32,000 nt of DNA from contig NZ_RSDW01000001.1 of NCBI RefSeq assembly GCF_003945235.1, positions 5,160,001 through 5,192,000 on the forward strand, read 5' to 3'. The notes beneath the pieces are model-generated. The model was not told where the DNA came from, searched no databases, and worked only from the letters and a program-made list of their open reading frames with translations. Positions 1-7,393 of the stretch are shown one piece after another. Position numbers and translations under genes: made by a program. The stretch is from Edaphobacter aggregans. GTDB lineage: Bacteria > Acidobacteriota > Terriglobia > Terriglobales > Acidobacteriaceae. How positions within the stretch are numbered: the first letter of the stretch is position 1; each line of letters opens with the position of its first letter.

Positions 1-114
1 AAACGGAGTGAACGAAGAGACTGGATATTTGCAAACGTCGGGAAGGATCTGCTTACGCAGACTTCTGGGTTCAAGATCGACTTTGGAGCGATGAAACTGA
101 CGCTTGAGCCCTGA
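1..114 (+). CDS. 3' end of an unidentified CDS entering from the left edge (partial)
   Basis: Frame 1 is open from base 1 and ends in a double stop, TGA TGA, at 112-117. Only 37 codons are visible (..DWIFANVGKDLLTQTSGFKIDFGAMKLTLEP), so no family call is possible. A weak hairpin GAATGGC/GCCATTT follows at 158-175. Confidence 0.25.
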   Translation, partial: KRSERRDWIFANVGKDLLTQTSGFKIDFGAMKLTLEP

Positions 115-202
115 TGATTCGATTTGCGTGGGGAAGGGAATGGTTTGCGCTTTGCCCGAATGGCCCATGCCATTTTCAGAATAAGTCAGCTTGCTATTTA
201 TG

Positions 203-223
203 TGTACTATGCGTAATAGTACA
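203..223. promoter_or_regulatory. Candidate GntR/YtrA operator: perfect 7-bp inverted repeat
   Basis: TGTACTA (203-209), a 7-nt spacer tgcgtaa, then TAGTACA (217-223). This fits the general GntR GT-Nx-AC palindrome logic. It overlaps the upstream candidate start codons of the regulator gene. Confidence 0.55.
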
Positions 224-628
224 CGTGTGATCCCCTTTCGCCTGACAAACCGTCCAGGTATTCCCATCTATGAGCAGGTTGTGTATGCCGCCACACGTGC
301 CATCGTGGCTGGGCAGCTTAGCGAGGGTGATCCGTTTCCTTCTGTACGTACGCTTTCTCGGGAACTCCATATCAACCCGAATACTGCACATAAAGTGATT
401 GCGCAATTGATCGACGACGGATTGCTTGAATCCCGCCCAGGCATCGGTACTGTTGTCGCTTCCTTTCGTACTGCAACCGCCAGAGAACGTACAGAGCTTC
501 TCAATAGACAAATCGAAGAGCTTGTTGTCGAGGCAAAGCGCCTTTCGATCGAACTCAATGAAGTGACGTCGGCAATATCACGGCACTGGAAACGTCTGTC
601 CACCTTATCGCAGGAAGTATCCAAATGA
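209..628 (+). CDS. GntR-family transcriptional regulator, YtrA-like short subfamily
   Basis: The winged-HTH signature is PIYEQVVYAATRAIVAGQLSEGDPFPSVRTLSRELHINPNTAHKVIAQLIDDGLLESRPGIGTVVA, followed by a short helical C-terminus. The stop overlaps the next start (ATGA at 625-628). The start is uncertain: TTG 191, ATG 200/209 or GTG 227. GTG 227 would give the family-typical MIPFRL..PIYEQ N-terminus. Confidence 0.85.
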   Translation: MRNSTRVIPFRLTNRPGIPIYEQVVYAATRAIVAGQLSEGDPFPSVRTLSRELHINPNTAHKVIAQLIDDGLLESRPGIGTVVASFRTATARERTELLNRQIEELVVEAKRLSIELNEVTSAISRHWKRLSTLSQEVSK

Positions 629-1566
629 CCCCACAGCCTCCGGCAATCGAAGTACGTCAACTCAGTAAACAATTCGGTGCAGCTCAGGTTCTCTCGCCGC
701 TTGATCTGGTTGTTCCCGCTGGATCGATCTTCGCGCTTGTAGGGCATAACGGCGCGGGCAAGACAACGCTTATTAAGCTGCTGATGAATATTCTTCGACC
801 GTCTGCGGGCGCTGCTACCGTTCTTGGGCAATCGACGACCTCTCTCTCGAGTTCAGCGTTCACTCGCATTGGTTATGTGTCCGAGAACCAAGAGCTGCCG
901 GAGTGGATGACAGTTCAGGGGTTTCTTGATTATCTGCGGCCCTTCTATCCCACGTGGGACGAGTCGGGGCTTCTCGCTGATCTCGATCTTCCACGCGATC
1001 AGAAGCTCAAGCATCTTTCGCGTGGTATGCGGATGAAGGCTCTCTTCGCCAGCGTGCTTGCGTTTCATCCCTCCTTGATCCTGATGGACGAGCCCTTCTC
1101 TGGGCTTGATCCGGTTACACGCGACGAGCTTATTCAAACGCTGCTTGGACGAATGAGCCCGGAGGATGAATTGAATCATCGCGGGACCACGATCCTCATC
1201 TCTTCGCACGATCTTGCAGAGATCGAATCGTTCGCCACTCACGTAGCTTTTCTGCACCGAGGAGCGCTCCTCTTCGCGGAACCGATGGACACGCTCATTG
1301 CGCGGTTTCGCGAGGTTACTGTGACGCTTTCGACGGGGGAGACAGTTGGAGCTAACGCCGATCTCCCTGCTGACTGGTTGTCGCCAGAGTCGTGTGGCGC
1401 GGTTCTTCGATTCGTACACAGCAGGGCCGACAGGGAAGATCCCGAGATGGAGGTTCGCAAACTCCTGCCCGGGATCAGGCATGTCGAATCGGAGCCGATG
1501 ACGCTTCGAACGATCTTCCTTGCGCTTGCAAAGGCGAATCGCCATCAGGAATGGAGTCGTTCATGA
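625..1566 (+). CDS. ABC transporter ATP-binding protein (ABC-2/YtrB-like) with a C-terminal accessory domain
   Basis: Walker A GHNGAGKTT, ABC signature LSRGMRMK, Walker B LILMDEPFSGLD and H-loop SSHD are all present. Both ends are coupled to neighbouring genes by 4-bp ATGA overlaps. Confidence 0.9.
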   Translation: MTPQPPAIEVRQLSKQFGAAQVLSPLDLVVPAGSIFALVGHNGAGKTTLIKLLMNILRPSAGAATVLGQSTTSLSSSAFTRIGYVSENQELPEWMTVQGFLDYLRPFYPTWDESGLLADLDLPRDQKLKHLSRGMRMKALFASVLAFHPSLILMDEPFSGLDPVTRDELIQTLLGRMSPEDELNHRGTTILISSHDLAEIESFATHVAFLHRGALLFAEPMDTLIARFREVTVTLSTGETVGANADLPADWLSPESCGAVLRFVHSRADREDPEMEVRKLLPGIRHVESEPMTLRTIFLALAKANRHQEWSRS

Positions 1567-3011
1567 TGCAAGCTTTTCACATCTTTCGCAAAGATCTCCG
1601 CCATCTGTGGCCGGAGTTTGGAGTTTATGTTCTTTTACTTCTGGCCTATGCGGTCGCCGCTCCTGAGGTTCGGCCCGGATCGGGCTCGCCCGACTCTCTG
1701 GTACTCATATCCGTCAGGCTGCTGACGTACCTGATCGCCATTGCCTTTTTTGTCCTCATTGTTCGAGTGATTCACGAAGAGCGTCTTGTTGGCGTGGAAC
1801 AGTTTTGGATCACACGTCCCTATCGCTGGAGTTCGTTGCTGATTGCAAAGGTCATCTTTATCTTTACCTGTGTGGTTCTGCCGTTTGTCGTCATGCAGGG
1901 GTGGTTGCTTTCCCAGGCTGGGCTCGGCATGCTTGATTCTCCATCGGGCATGATGCGTTCTCTGCTGATGATTTGTCTGATTGTGTGGCTCCCTTTCACG
2001 CTGATTGCGGCAATTACATCGACGCTCAGTGAAGCGTTTATGGTGCTGATTGGAGTGCTCGTTGTCTGGGTAAGTCTTCTGCTTTCTCTCTTTCGCGGGG
2101 AGGGTTTAACAATGTCGCCGCCATTTGCGTTTGAAGTCCTCGCAGTCTTCTTCGCGGGTCTACTGAGCGGTGTTCTGATTTACCAGTATGCAAAACGTCG
2201 CACATCGCGGTCCCGTATCGCTCTGGCTGTGATTGCGGCTTTGTTCGTGCTCCTGCTGTACGGTTTCGCGAACGCTCACTTCGGATCTCCTGTGAGGGCG
2301 TTGATCCGAAGTCGATATCCGGTCTCTTCCGAGTCATCGTTGCGTTTGGTCTATCTGCCCGGCCCTGTGGCTTATGAAGATCGCAATGAGGATACGCATG
2401 TGCCGCGAGGCTTCGTGGGAATAACGCTTCCGGTCCGGTTGGAAGGCCTTCCAGCGGACTATAAACTTCACAACACGAATGTCTCGTTTACCGTCGATGC
2501 GCAGGGATTTCGCTATGTTTCGCCGTGGCGATCCGCAACCGTCGGAGACGGTAGTCTCTCCTTCGTGGTGCCGCAAAAGGTTTTCGATCGGGTCGCTATA
2601 GGTGACGCGCATCTTCATCTGGAGTTCCTGGCAGAGAAGCTGCGTCCGGGCGCTTCGCAGGTTGTCTCTGCAAGCGACAGCTTTCGAGTTCCCGGCAATG
2701 GACGATGCGTGCTCAACCACGGCGTACCTGTCTGCCAATATGCGTATTGGCTTCCGGTACCTACACGGGTAAAGGCGTCGGATGATCACGGCACCTGCGG
2801 AGCCTCAAATTCGACCGGGTCGGCGTACACCACGCTGCGACTGATACCGGCCGGAACAAATGTAGATCCGGTCATCCAGCAGGTACTTCATTTGGAAAGT
2901 ACGGTCTGCTCAGGCAGCCAGCTCACGTTCTCCGAATATTATCCTGCAGGAAATTTTCGCCTTGAGCTTGATCTCCCCTCGGTCAATTTGGGGCAATACA
3001 AGACACGTTGA
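1563..3011 (+). CDS. Integral membrane protein, putative ABC-associated permease-like component: about 7 TM helices plus a ~235-aa C-terminal extracytoplasmic domain
   Basis: ATG at 1563 overlaps the ABC stop (ATGA). The ORF-track extension back to 1392 lies inside the ABC gene. Seven hydrophobic segments run from FGVYVLLLLAYAVAA to IALAVIAALFVLLLYGFA. They are followed by a beta-rich soluble domain with 4 Cys. I recognise no family. Confidence 0.75.
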   Translation: MMQAFHIFRKDLRHLWPEFGVYVLLLLAYAVAAPEVRPGSGSPDSLVLISVRLLTYLIAIAFFVLIVRVIHEERLVGVEQFWITRPYRWSSLLIAKVIFIFTCVVLPFVVMQGWLLSQAGLGMLDSPSGMMRSLLMICLIVWLPFTLIAAITSTLSEAFMVLIGVLVVWVSLLLSLFRGEGLTMSPPFAFEVLAVFFAGLLSGVLIYQYAKRRTSRSRIALAVIAALFVLLLYGFANAHFGSPVRALIRSRYPVSSESSLRLVYLPGPVAYEDRNEDTHVPRGFVGITLPVRLEGLPADYKLHNTNVSFTVDAQGFRYVSPWRSATVGDGSLSFVVPQKVFDRVAIGDAHLHLEFLAEKLRPGASQVVSASDSFRVPGNGRCVLNHGVPVCQYAYWLPVPTRVKASDDHGTCGASNSTGSAYTTLRLIPAGTNVDPVIQQVLHLESTVCSGSQLTFSEYYPAGNFRLELDLPSVNLGQYKTR

Positions 3012-3137
3012 AACAAGGAATCGTATGATCTATCCGCCCCGTCCTATAACCCAGCGGTGGGGCTACCCTTTGTGTTTCGCGTTCTGCGATACTTACTGCG
3101 AAGGTGCGAAGTGGTGATCGGACCTGGTAGAAGCTCG

Positions 3138-4160
3138 ATGATGCAGGGTGCGTGGCGCGGTTTGTGCGCGCTGGCGTTTATGGCGCTGGGCGTTTCGGCG
3201 CTTGTGGCGCAGAACGCGCTGCCGACGCATGATGACAACATCACAACCCTGCGTGTGTATGCCGACCTGGTACAGATTCCGACGCTGGTGCTGGGAAAGA
3301 ATTACCAGGCAGTCCCTCCGATTGCAGAGAACAGGTTCTTCGTGAGTATTGATGGGGGGCCGAAGTTTCGGGTAACGCATGCGAGGCAGGAGGGTGACGA
3401 TCCTATTTCTCTGGCGATCCTGCTGGACCTCGGTCAGTCGGAAACGGAGCTGATGAATCGGATCGACGATGCAATTGCGGGGCTTTCCCTGACGGCAAGG
3501 GACCGGCTGTGGGTATACGCACTCGATTGCAAGTTGTATCGCTCGACGGTTCACGATCCGACCGATCCCGCAGTGGTGAAGCAGGCTGTGGATTCGGTTC
3601 TGGCATTGTGGAACGCACGCGCCGGAGTGCGGCCGGGCGGAAGTTGCCCTCTATACCTTTGGGACTCGGTGTCGGTGGTTACGAAGGAGCTCCAAGCGCG
3701 ACCTGGATTACGCGTCATGCTGGTCGTCTCGGACGGGGTCGATCGAGGAAGCAGGAACAACTGGAACGCGGTGCGGGAGTATGCCCAGGGCAGCAGCGTG
3801 GCGATCTTCGGCGTAACCGGTGTGACGAACTCCCGTGTAGAGAACGCTTTCAATTCTGTATGTCAGTTGAGCGGGGGAATTCTTTTGCCGGCAAATCCGC
3901 AGAATCTCGCGACGCAGATGCAGTGGCTGATGACGATGGTTCGTGGGCGCTATATCGTGGAGTTTCCGCACCCGGTGACTACGAAGCCGGCACATCTCCT
4001 GATGGAGATTACGATTGCCAAGAGCCATGATTTCATTCGACCAGCCGGCGCGGCGGTGTTGGTGGATGATCCGAAGATTTTGAATGATCCGATGACAGTA
4101 CTTCCGGATGCATCGTATGCGCCGCAGGTGGGGAATCGGAAGGTGATGACGCCGCATTAG
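3138..4160 (+). CDS. Secreted VWA domain-containing protein (acidobacterial VWFA-related, TIGR03436-like)
   Basis: The signal peptide is MMQGAWRGLCALAFMALGVSALVAQ from ATG 3138. The N-terminal module is LRVYADLVQIPTLVLGKNYQAVPPIAENRFFVSIDGGPKF, followed by a VWA-like core (ISLAILLDLGQSE ... MLVVSDGVDRGS). The family call comes from motif recall, not a search. Confidence 0.7.
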   Translation: MMQGAWRGLCALAFMALGVSALVAQNALPTHDDNITTLRVYADLVQIPTLVLGKNYQAVPPIAENRFFVSIDGGPKFRVTHARQEGDDPISLAILLDLGQSETELMNRIDDAIAGLSLTARDRLWVYALDCKLYRSTVHDPTDPAVVKQAVDSVLALWNARAGVRPGGSCPLYLWDSVSVVTKELQARPGLRVMLVVSDGVDRGSRNNWNAVREYAQGSSVAIFGVTGVTNSRVENAFNSVCQLSGGILLPANPQNLATQMQWLMTMVRGRYIVEFPHPVTTKPAHLLMEITIAKSHDFIRPAGAAVLVDDPKILNDPMTVLPDASYAPQVGNRKVMTPH

Positions 4161-4193
4161 GGCTTTTTGTTCGCGAATCGCTAAAGCAGGAAA

Positions 4194-4586
4194 TTACTTC
4201 TTCCTGGCTGCCCGTTCAGCGCGCACTGCGTAGTTTTCCGCTACTGCGGCGCGGATGAGTTGTTTGAAGGCAGCTTCGTTGATCTTCTCCCCTTCGCGAA
4301 TGTCGATCGCACGCCGCGTGTTTCCTTCGAGGCTGGAATTGAAGAGCTTCTTCGGGTCTTCGATGGAGGCTCCGCGAGCGAAGGTGAACTTCACGACCTG
4401 CTTGTACGATTCTCCTGTGCAGACGATGCCGTCATGGGACCAGACGGGGGTTCCCCTCCACTTCCACTCCTCCTGGATGTTGGGGTCGGCGTCGTGGATG
4501 AGCTTACGGAGATGAGCAAGCGTCTTCCCGCGCCAGTCACCAAGTTCCTTGATCTTTTCGTCGATGAATGTAGCGGCAGATTCCAT
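4194..4586 (-). CDS. DUF1801 (YdhG-like) domain protein
   Basis: The 130-aa protein has the typical ..WRGKTLAHLRKLIHDADPNIQEEWKWRGTPVWSHDGIVCTGESYKQVVKFTFARGA.. pattern. Confidence 0.8.
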   Translation of the reverse strand: MESAATFIDEKIKELGDWRGKTLAHLRKLIHDADPNIQEEWKWRGTPVWSHDGIVCTGESYKQVVKFTFARGASIEDPKKLFNSSLEGNTRRAIDIREGEKINEAAFKQLIRAAVAENYAVRAERAARKK

Positions 4587-4693
4587 TCAGTGCGGCCCCT
4601 TTCGTATATAGCTCCAGCTTGCGCCTAATTTCGCTGCGCTCAATATAACTCGCGACCTTTTGTGACGCCATGTCGAGTTGGTAAGCGACAGAA

Positions 4694-4735
4694 CGAACAG
4701 TGAAGCAAGTCATTTACGATTCGCTTCACTGTTCG
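4694..4735 (-). terminator. Perfect 13-bp stem hairpin after the VOC gene (possible terminator or attenuator before the DUF1801 gene)
   Basis: CGAACAGTGAAGC (4694-4706) / GCTTCACTGTTCG (4723-4735), with a 16-nt loop. The downstream tract on the - strand (GTTCTGTCGCTT) is only moderately T-rich. Confidence 0.4.
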
Positions 4736-4769
4736 CCCCCGTGTTCATGGGAGATGGCGTCCTCGTCGC

Positions 4770-5159
4770 TTACCAGGCCGGTTGAAAGAGCTGAATCAGA
4801 TTCCCGCAGGTGTCATCCAGCACCGCAATAATCGAGCCGGTGACCTTGGTGACAGGCATCGTGAACTTCACGCCCTGAGCGGCCAGTCGGTCGTGTTCGG
4901 CCTGAACGTCGTTCACGAGGAACTGAGCCGCCCGCATCTGTTGGCCGTACAGAGCCTCCTGGTAGGCTTTCGCCGCCGAGTTGGTGGTGGACTCGAGAAT
5001 CAGTTCAACCCCATCCGAATCCTCGGGTGCAGCGACAGTTAGCCATCGATAGGGGCCCTGTGAGAAATCGGCCTTCTTCTGAAAGCCCAAGACGTCGGTG
5101 TAGAACCGGAGTGCTTTTTCCTGATCGTTTACATACAGGGTGGTCCATTTGATCTTCAT
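4770..5159 (-). CDS. VOC family protein (glyoxalase/bleomycin-resistance/dioxygenase fold)
   Basis: MKIKWTTLYVNDQEKALRFYTDVLGFQKK... is the classic VOC N-terminus. ATG at 5159 is preceded by GAAGGAG. The ORF-track extension to 5285 has no support. Confidence 0.85.
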   Translation of the reverse strand: MKIKWTTLYVNDQEKALRFYTDVLGFQKKADFSQGPYRWLTVAAPEDSDGVELILESTTNSAAKAYQEALYGQQMRAAQFLVNDVQAEHDRLAAQGVKFTMPVTKVTGSIIAVLDDTCGNLIQLFQPAW

Positions 5160-5262
5160 TGCATTTGCTCCTTCACATTTCTGTCGGTTACTGGGATTTA
5201 TCGAGATGTACTGAATGCAGTCAATGCTTCTCCGTTTCGGTCGGCCCGTTCGTTGCAGCGTG

Positions 5263-5463
5263 TCAGGCGGCTCTTTTCGAAACAAGTCGTCGAAGGAGAT
5301 GGCCTTTCCACATCAACAAGCCCGTGAGGACCATGAGAGGGAAGAAGACGAACCGAGTAGGCGGGGCGTACAGCGGAAGCTTGTCAAACGGGCTGTAAAT
5401 ATAGCCGTATATCGGGATCGCGAGGATGATGTGGATCCAGCGAAGAATCAAACGTTGGTTCAT
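5263..5463 (-). CDS. Small two-TM membrane protein, hypothetical
   Basis: The 66-aa ORF has a strong GGAGG 6 nt upstream of its ATG (aaaaggaggaacatcATG). It has two hydrophobic helices and lies inside a co-directional operon. Confidence 0.55.
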   Translation of the reverse strand: MNQRLILRWIHIILAIPIYGYIYSPFDKLPLYAPPTRFVFFPLMVLTGLLMWKGHLLRRLVSKRAA

Positions 5464-5489
5464 GATGTTCCTCCTTTTCGATGGCGACG

Positions 5490-5915
5490 TTATTGCAGCC
5501 CGGCGACAACTCGTTCCAGGCCACCGATAAATTTCTGCCAGCCGTAGGTCGCGCCTTTATAGGCGGCCTCCTGATCGGGACGGAAGCCAGACTGCTCCAC
5601 GCGCACGCGGGTGCCGGCATCGGTCGGTGTCAGCGTAAAGGTGACGACGCTCCCAAGCCCTAAAGCGCCCCAGGTGTAAGAAAGTGTCTTGCAGGGTTCT
5701 ACGGCAACGACCTCGCAGTCGATGACTCCGTTCCAGTTCGGCACTGGGTCCATGCGCAACGTGAACGCGTGCCCCGCGACAGGCTGAAAGTCATTCCTCA
5801 TCAGCCACTGCTCGATCAAAGAGCTCTCGGTGAGGGCCCTCCATACTTTCTGTGGGGGATGAGGGAATTCTTTTTCCACGATAACGGAACGGGTGGAAGT
5901 GTCAGGCGTTGTCAT
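5490..5915 (-). CDS. SRPBCC-superfamily protein (AHSA1 / activator of Hsp90 ATPase homolog-like)
   Basis: VIVEKEFPHPPQKVWRALTESSLIEQWLMRNDFQPVAGHAFTLRM.. is typical of AHSA1-type SRPBCC proteins. Its start overlaps the arsR-family stop by 4 bp. Confidence 0.85.
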   Translation of the reverse strand: MTTPDTSTRSVIVEKEFPHPPQKVWRALTESSLIEQWLMRNDFQPVAGHAFTLRMDPVPNWNGVIDCEVVAVEPCKTLSYTWGALGLGSVVTFTLTPTDAGTRVRVEQSGFRPDQEAAYKGATYGWQKFIGGLERVVAGLQ

Positions 5916-6235
5916 TTGTCCATCCTTTCAAGAACGTCTCCGAGTTCATCCAATTTGCTTCGCCAGAAGGCACTATAGTGGCTGATCCAGTCAACGAGAG
6001 GGGCTAGAGCTTCCGGTCTGGCGCGGTAGTGGGTCTCGCGCCCCTGGCGGCGATTGTGAACCAGCCTTGCGCGCTTCAGAGCGGACAGGTGCTTCGAAAC
6101 CATCGGCTGAGAGACACCCGCGACCTCGGTCAAAGCGTGAACGGTCTGCTCGCCGTCGCGGGTCAGTCGCTCGAAGATAGCTCGGCGAGTGGGATCGGCG
6201 AGGGCACGGAAGAGACTGTTGGCTGCGGTCGACAT
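5912..6235 (-). CDS. ArsR/SmtB-family transcriptional regulator
   Basis: LFRALADPTRRAIFERLTRDGEQTVHALTEVAGVSQPMVSKHLSALKRARLV is the canonical ArsR wHTH. It is the first gene of the operon, with a perfect palindrome just upstream. Confidence 0.9.
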   Translation of the reverse strand: MSTAANSLFRALADPTRRAIFERLTRDGEQTVHALTEVAGVSQPMVSKHLSALKRARLVHNRRQGRETHYRARPEALAPLVDWISHYSAFWRSKLDELGDVLERMDK

Positions 6236-6244
6236 GCTGAAACC

Positions 6245-6260
6245 ATAACCAATTGGTTAT
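6245..6260. promoter_or_regulatory. Candidate ArsR-family operator: perfect 16-bp palindrome
   Basis: ATAACCAATTGGTTAT at 6245-6260, beginning 10 nt upstream of the arsR-family ATG (6235, - strand). It is flanked by further AACCA/TGGTT half-site echoes. Confidence 0.6.
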
Positions 6261-6407
6261 TGGTTGTCAAGAGGGAATATGCTGCGTCTTTGCGGTCGAG
6301 CGGGAGTTTATTCGGGCAAGTCCGGAACGTGTCGCCATGCACGCGAGTGGGGAAGTGGACGATTTCCTTTCCGACGGAAGGAAGCGGTTCGCGCTTTGCG
6401 CGAATAT

Positions 6408-6438
6408 CCCAATCATGCGATGAGACCGCATGATTGGG
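6408..6438. other. Perfect 12-bp stem hairpin in the intergenic region
   Basis: CCCAATCATGCG (6408-6419), loop atgagac, then CGCATGATTGGG (6427-6438). It is embedded among fragments resembling the REP-like element: TTCGCGCtttGCGCGAA at 6388-6404, and gccacccgcc at 6473-6482, identical to 15643-15652. Confidence 0.6.
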
Positions 6439-6490
6439 GCACCCAGAGTATGAGTGGATTTTTGATGTATGGGCCACCCGCCGAAGGAGA

Positions 6491-7393
6491 TCACTTTGCC
6501 GCAGGGAAGCGGAAGAGCAATTCTCCTTTACTGGAAAAAACGAAGACGCTATTAGCAGCATAGTCAGCAACGGCCACCCGGCCGTTCGAGACCAGAGTCA
6601 GCCCAAACGGCGATCTCAATGGCTCCGATGCAAATGAAGCAGCGACCGGATTGCTCGCACGTGTATCGACGAAAAATATTCCCCTACGTCCCGGATCAGC
6701 GACAAAGAGCCGGTTCGTTTCGGCATCAAAAGCCAGCGCGGCTGGAGCACTGAAGCCTGTCACAAAGACCCTCGAATGCTTTGTCGCGACTGAATACTGG
6801 TAGATGTTCCCGTTCGCAACGTCCGCTACGTAGATCTCTTGCCGTATGTCGTCGTAGGCAACCGGACCAAGCTTAGTTGCAGAAGGGATCCGCGCAATCA
6901 GAGTGATGCGTGGTTTTTCGATATCCAATTTGTAAATTTCGTTCGAATCAGATGTTGCGACGTAAGCGGTGTGGTTGACCGAGCCCGAATCAATTCCTGA
7001 GCAAACGTTTTGAAATCCCCACGTCTTCAGCAATTTGCCGTCCAGAGAATACCTTGCCACCAGTCCCTGGCCTGACTGGGTTCCAGCGATGAGTAGCGAT
7101 CTTTCCGAGCGGTCGTAAGACATGTCTGCTGCTTTGAAATCCTGCGGCACGGAGAAGCTGCCATATTCCGCAAGGCCGTTATCTGACACGTTGAATTTGT
7201 GGAGAGTTCCTAAATCGTCCAGCACATACAACTCAGTACTCGGGCCATTGCTATCCATCATCACCGGACGTTCGAGCTTCGCGCGATCTGCTCCAGCGGC
7301 GGTGTGCGGGACGAGTAGCAGTGCCAGGAGCACCGTGGACAGGATCCTGACACTCACCGGCAAGCTTCGAAGATGCGACCCAGATATCATCAT
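6491..7393 (-). CDS. Secreted beta-propeller repeat protein (NHL/YncE-like repeats), function unknown
   Basis: A signal peptide ends ..LLVPHTAAGA. Blade motifs recur: AYVATSDSNEIYKLD, IYVADVANGNIYQY, LFVADPGRRGIFFVD, VAVADYAANSVFVFS. The ATG overlaps the upstream stop (ATGA at 7390-7393). Confidence 0.7.
   Translation of the reverse strand: MMISGSHLRSLPVSVRILSTVLLALLLVPHTAAGADRAKLERPVMMDSNGPSTELYVLDDLGTLHKFNVSDNGLAEYGSFSVPQDFKAADMSYDRSERSLLIAGTQSGQGLVARYSLDGKLLKTWGFQNVCSGIDSGSVNHTAYVATSDSNEIYKLDIEKPRITLIARIPSATKLGPVAYDDIRQEIYVADVANGNIYQYSVATKHSRVFVTGFSAPAALAFDAETNRLFVADPGRRGIFFVDTRASNPVAASFASEPLRSPFGLTLVSNGRVAVADYAANSVFVFSSKGELLFRFPAAK

Noticed and set aside
1392-1562. The upstream extension of the membrane-protein ORF (track start 1392) overlapping the ABC ATPase gene.
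   Set aside because: The extension is Arg/Gly/Ser-rich and lies wholly inside the ATPase gene. ATG 1563 gives the ATGA coupling and begins right before the first TM helix.
3057-3137. The N-terminal extension of the VWA ORF (track start 3057).
   Set aside because: The extension (GLPFVFRVLRYLLRRCEVVIGPGRSS) precedes a canonical signal peptide that begins at ATG 3138. A signal peptide is expected at the true N-terminus.
6029-6637. ORFs in the arsR / propeller spacer (6029..6433 +, 6163..6570 -, 6264..6563 +, 6267..6494 -, 6434..6637 +).
   Set aside because: They mutually overlap, span the operator palindrome and REP-like fragments, and overlap neighbouring real genes. There are no start signals or recognisable domains.
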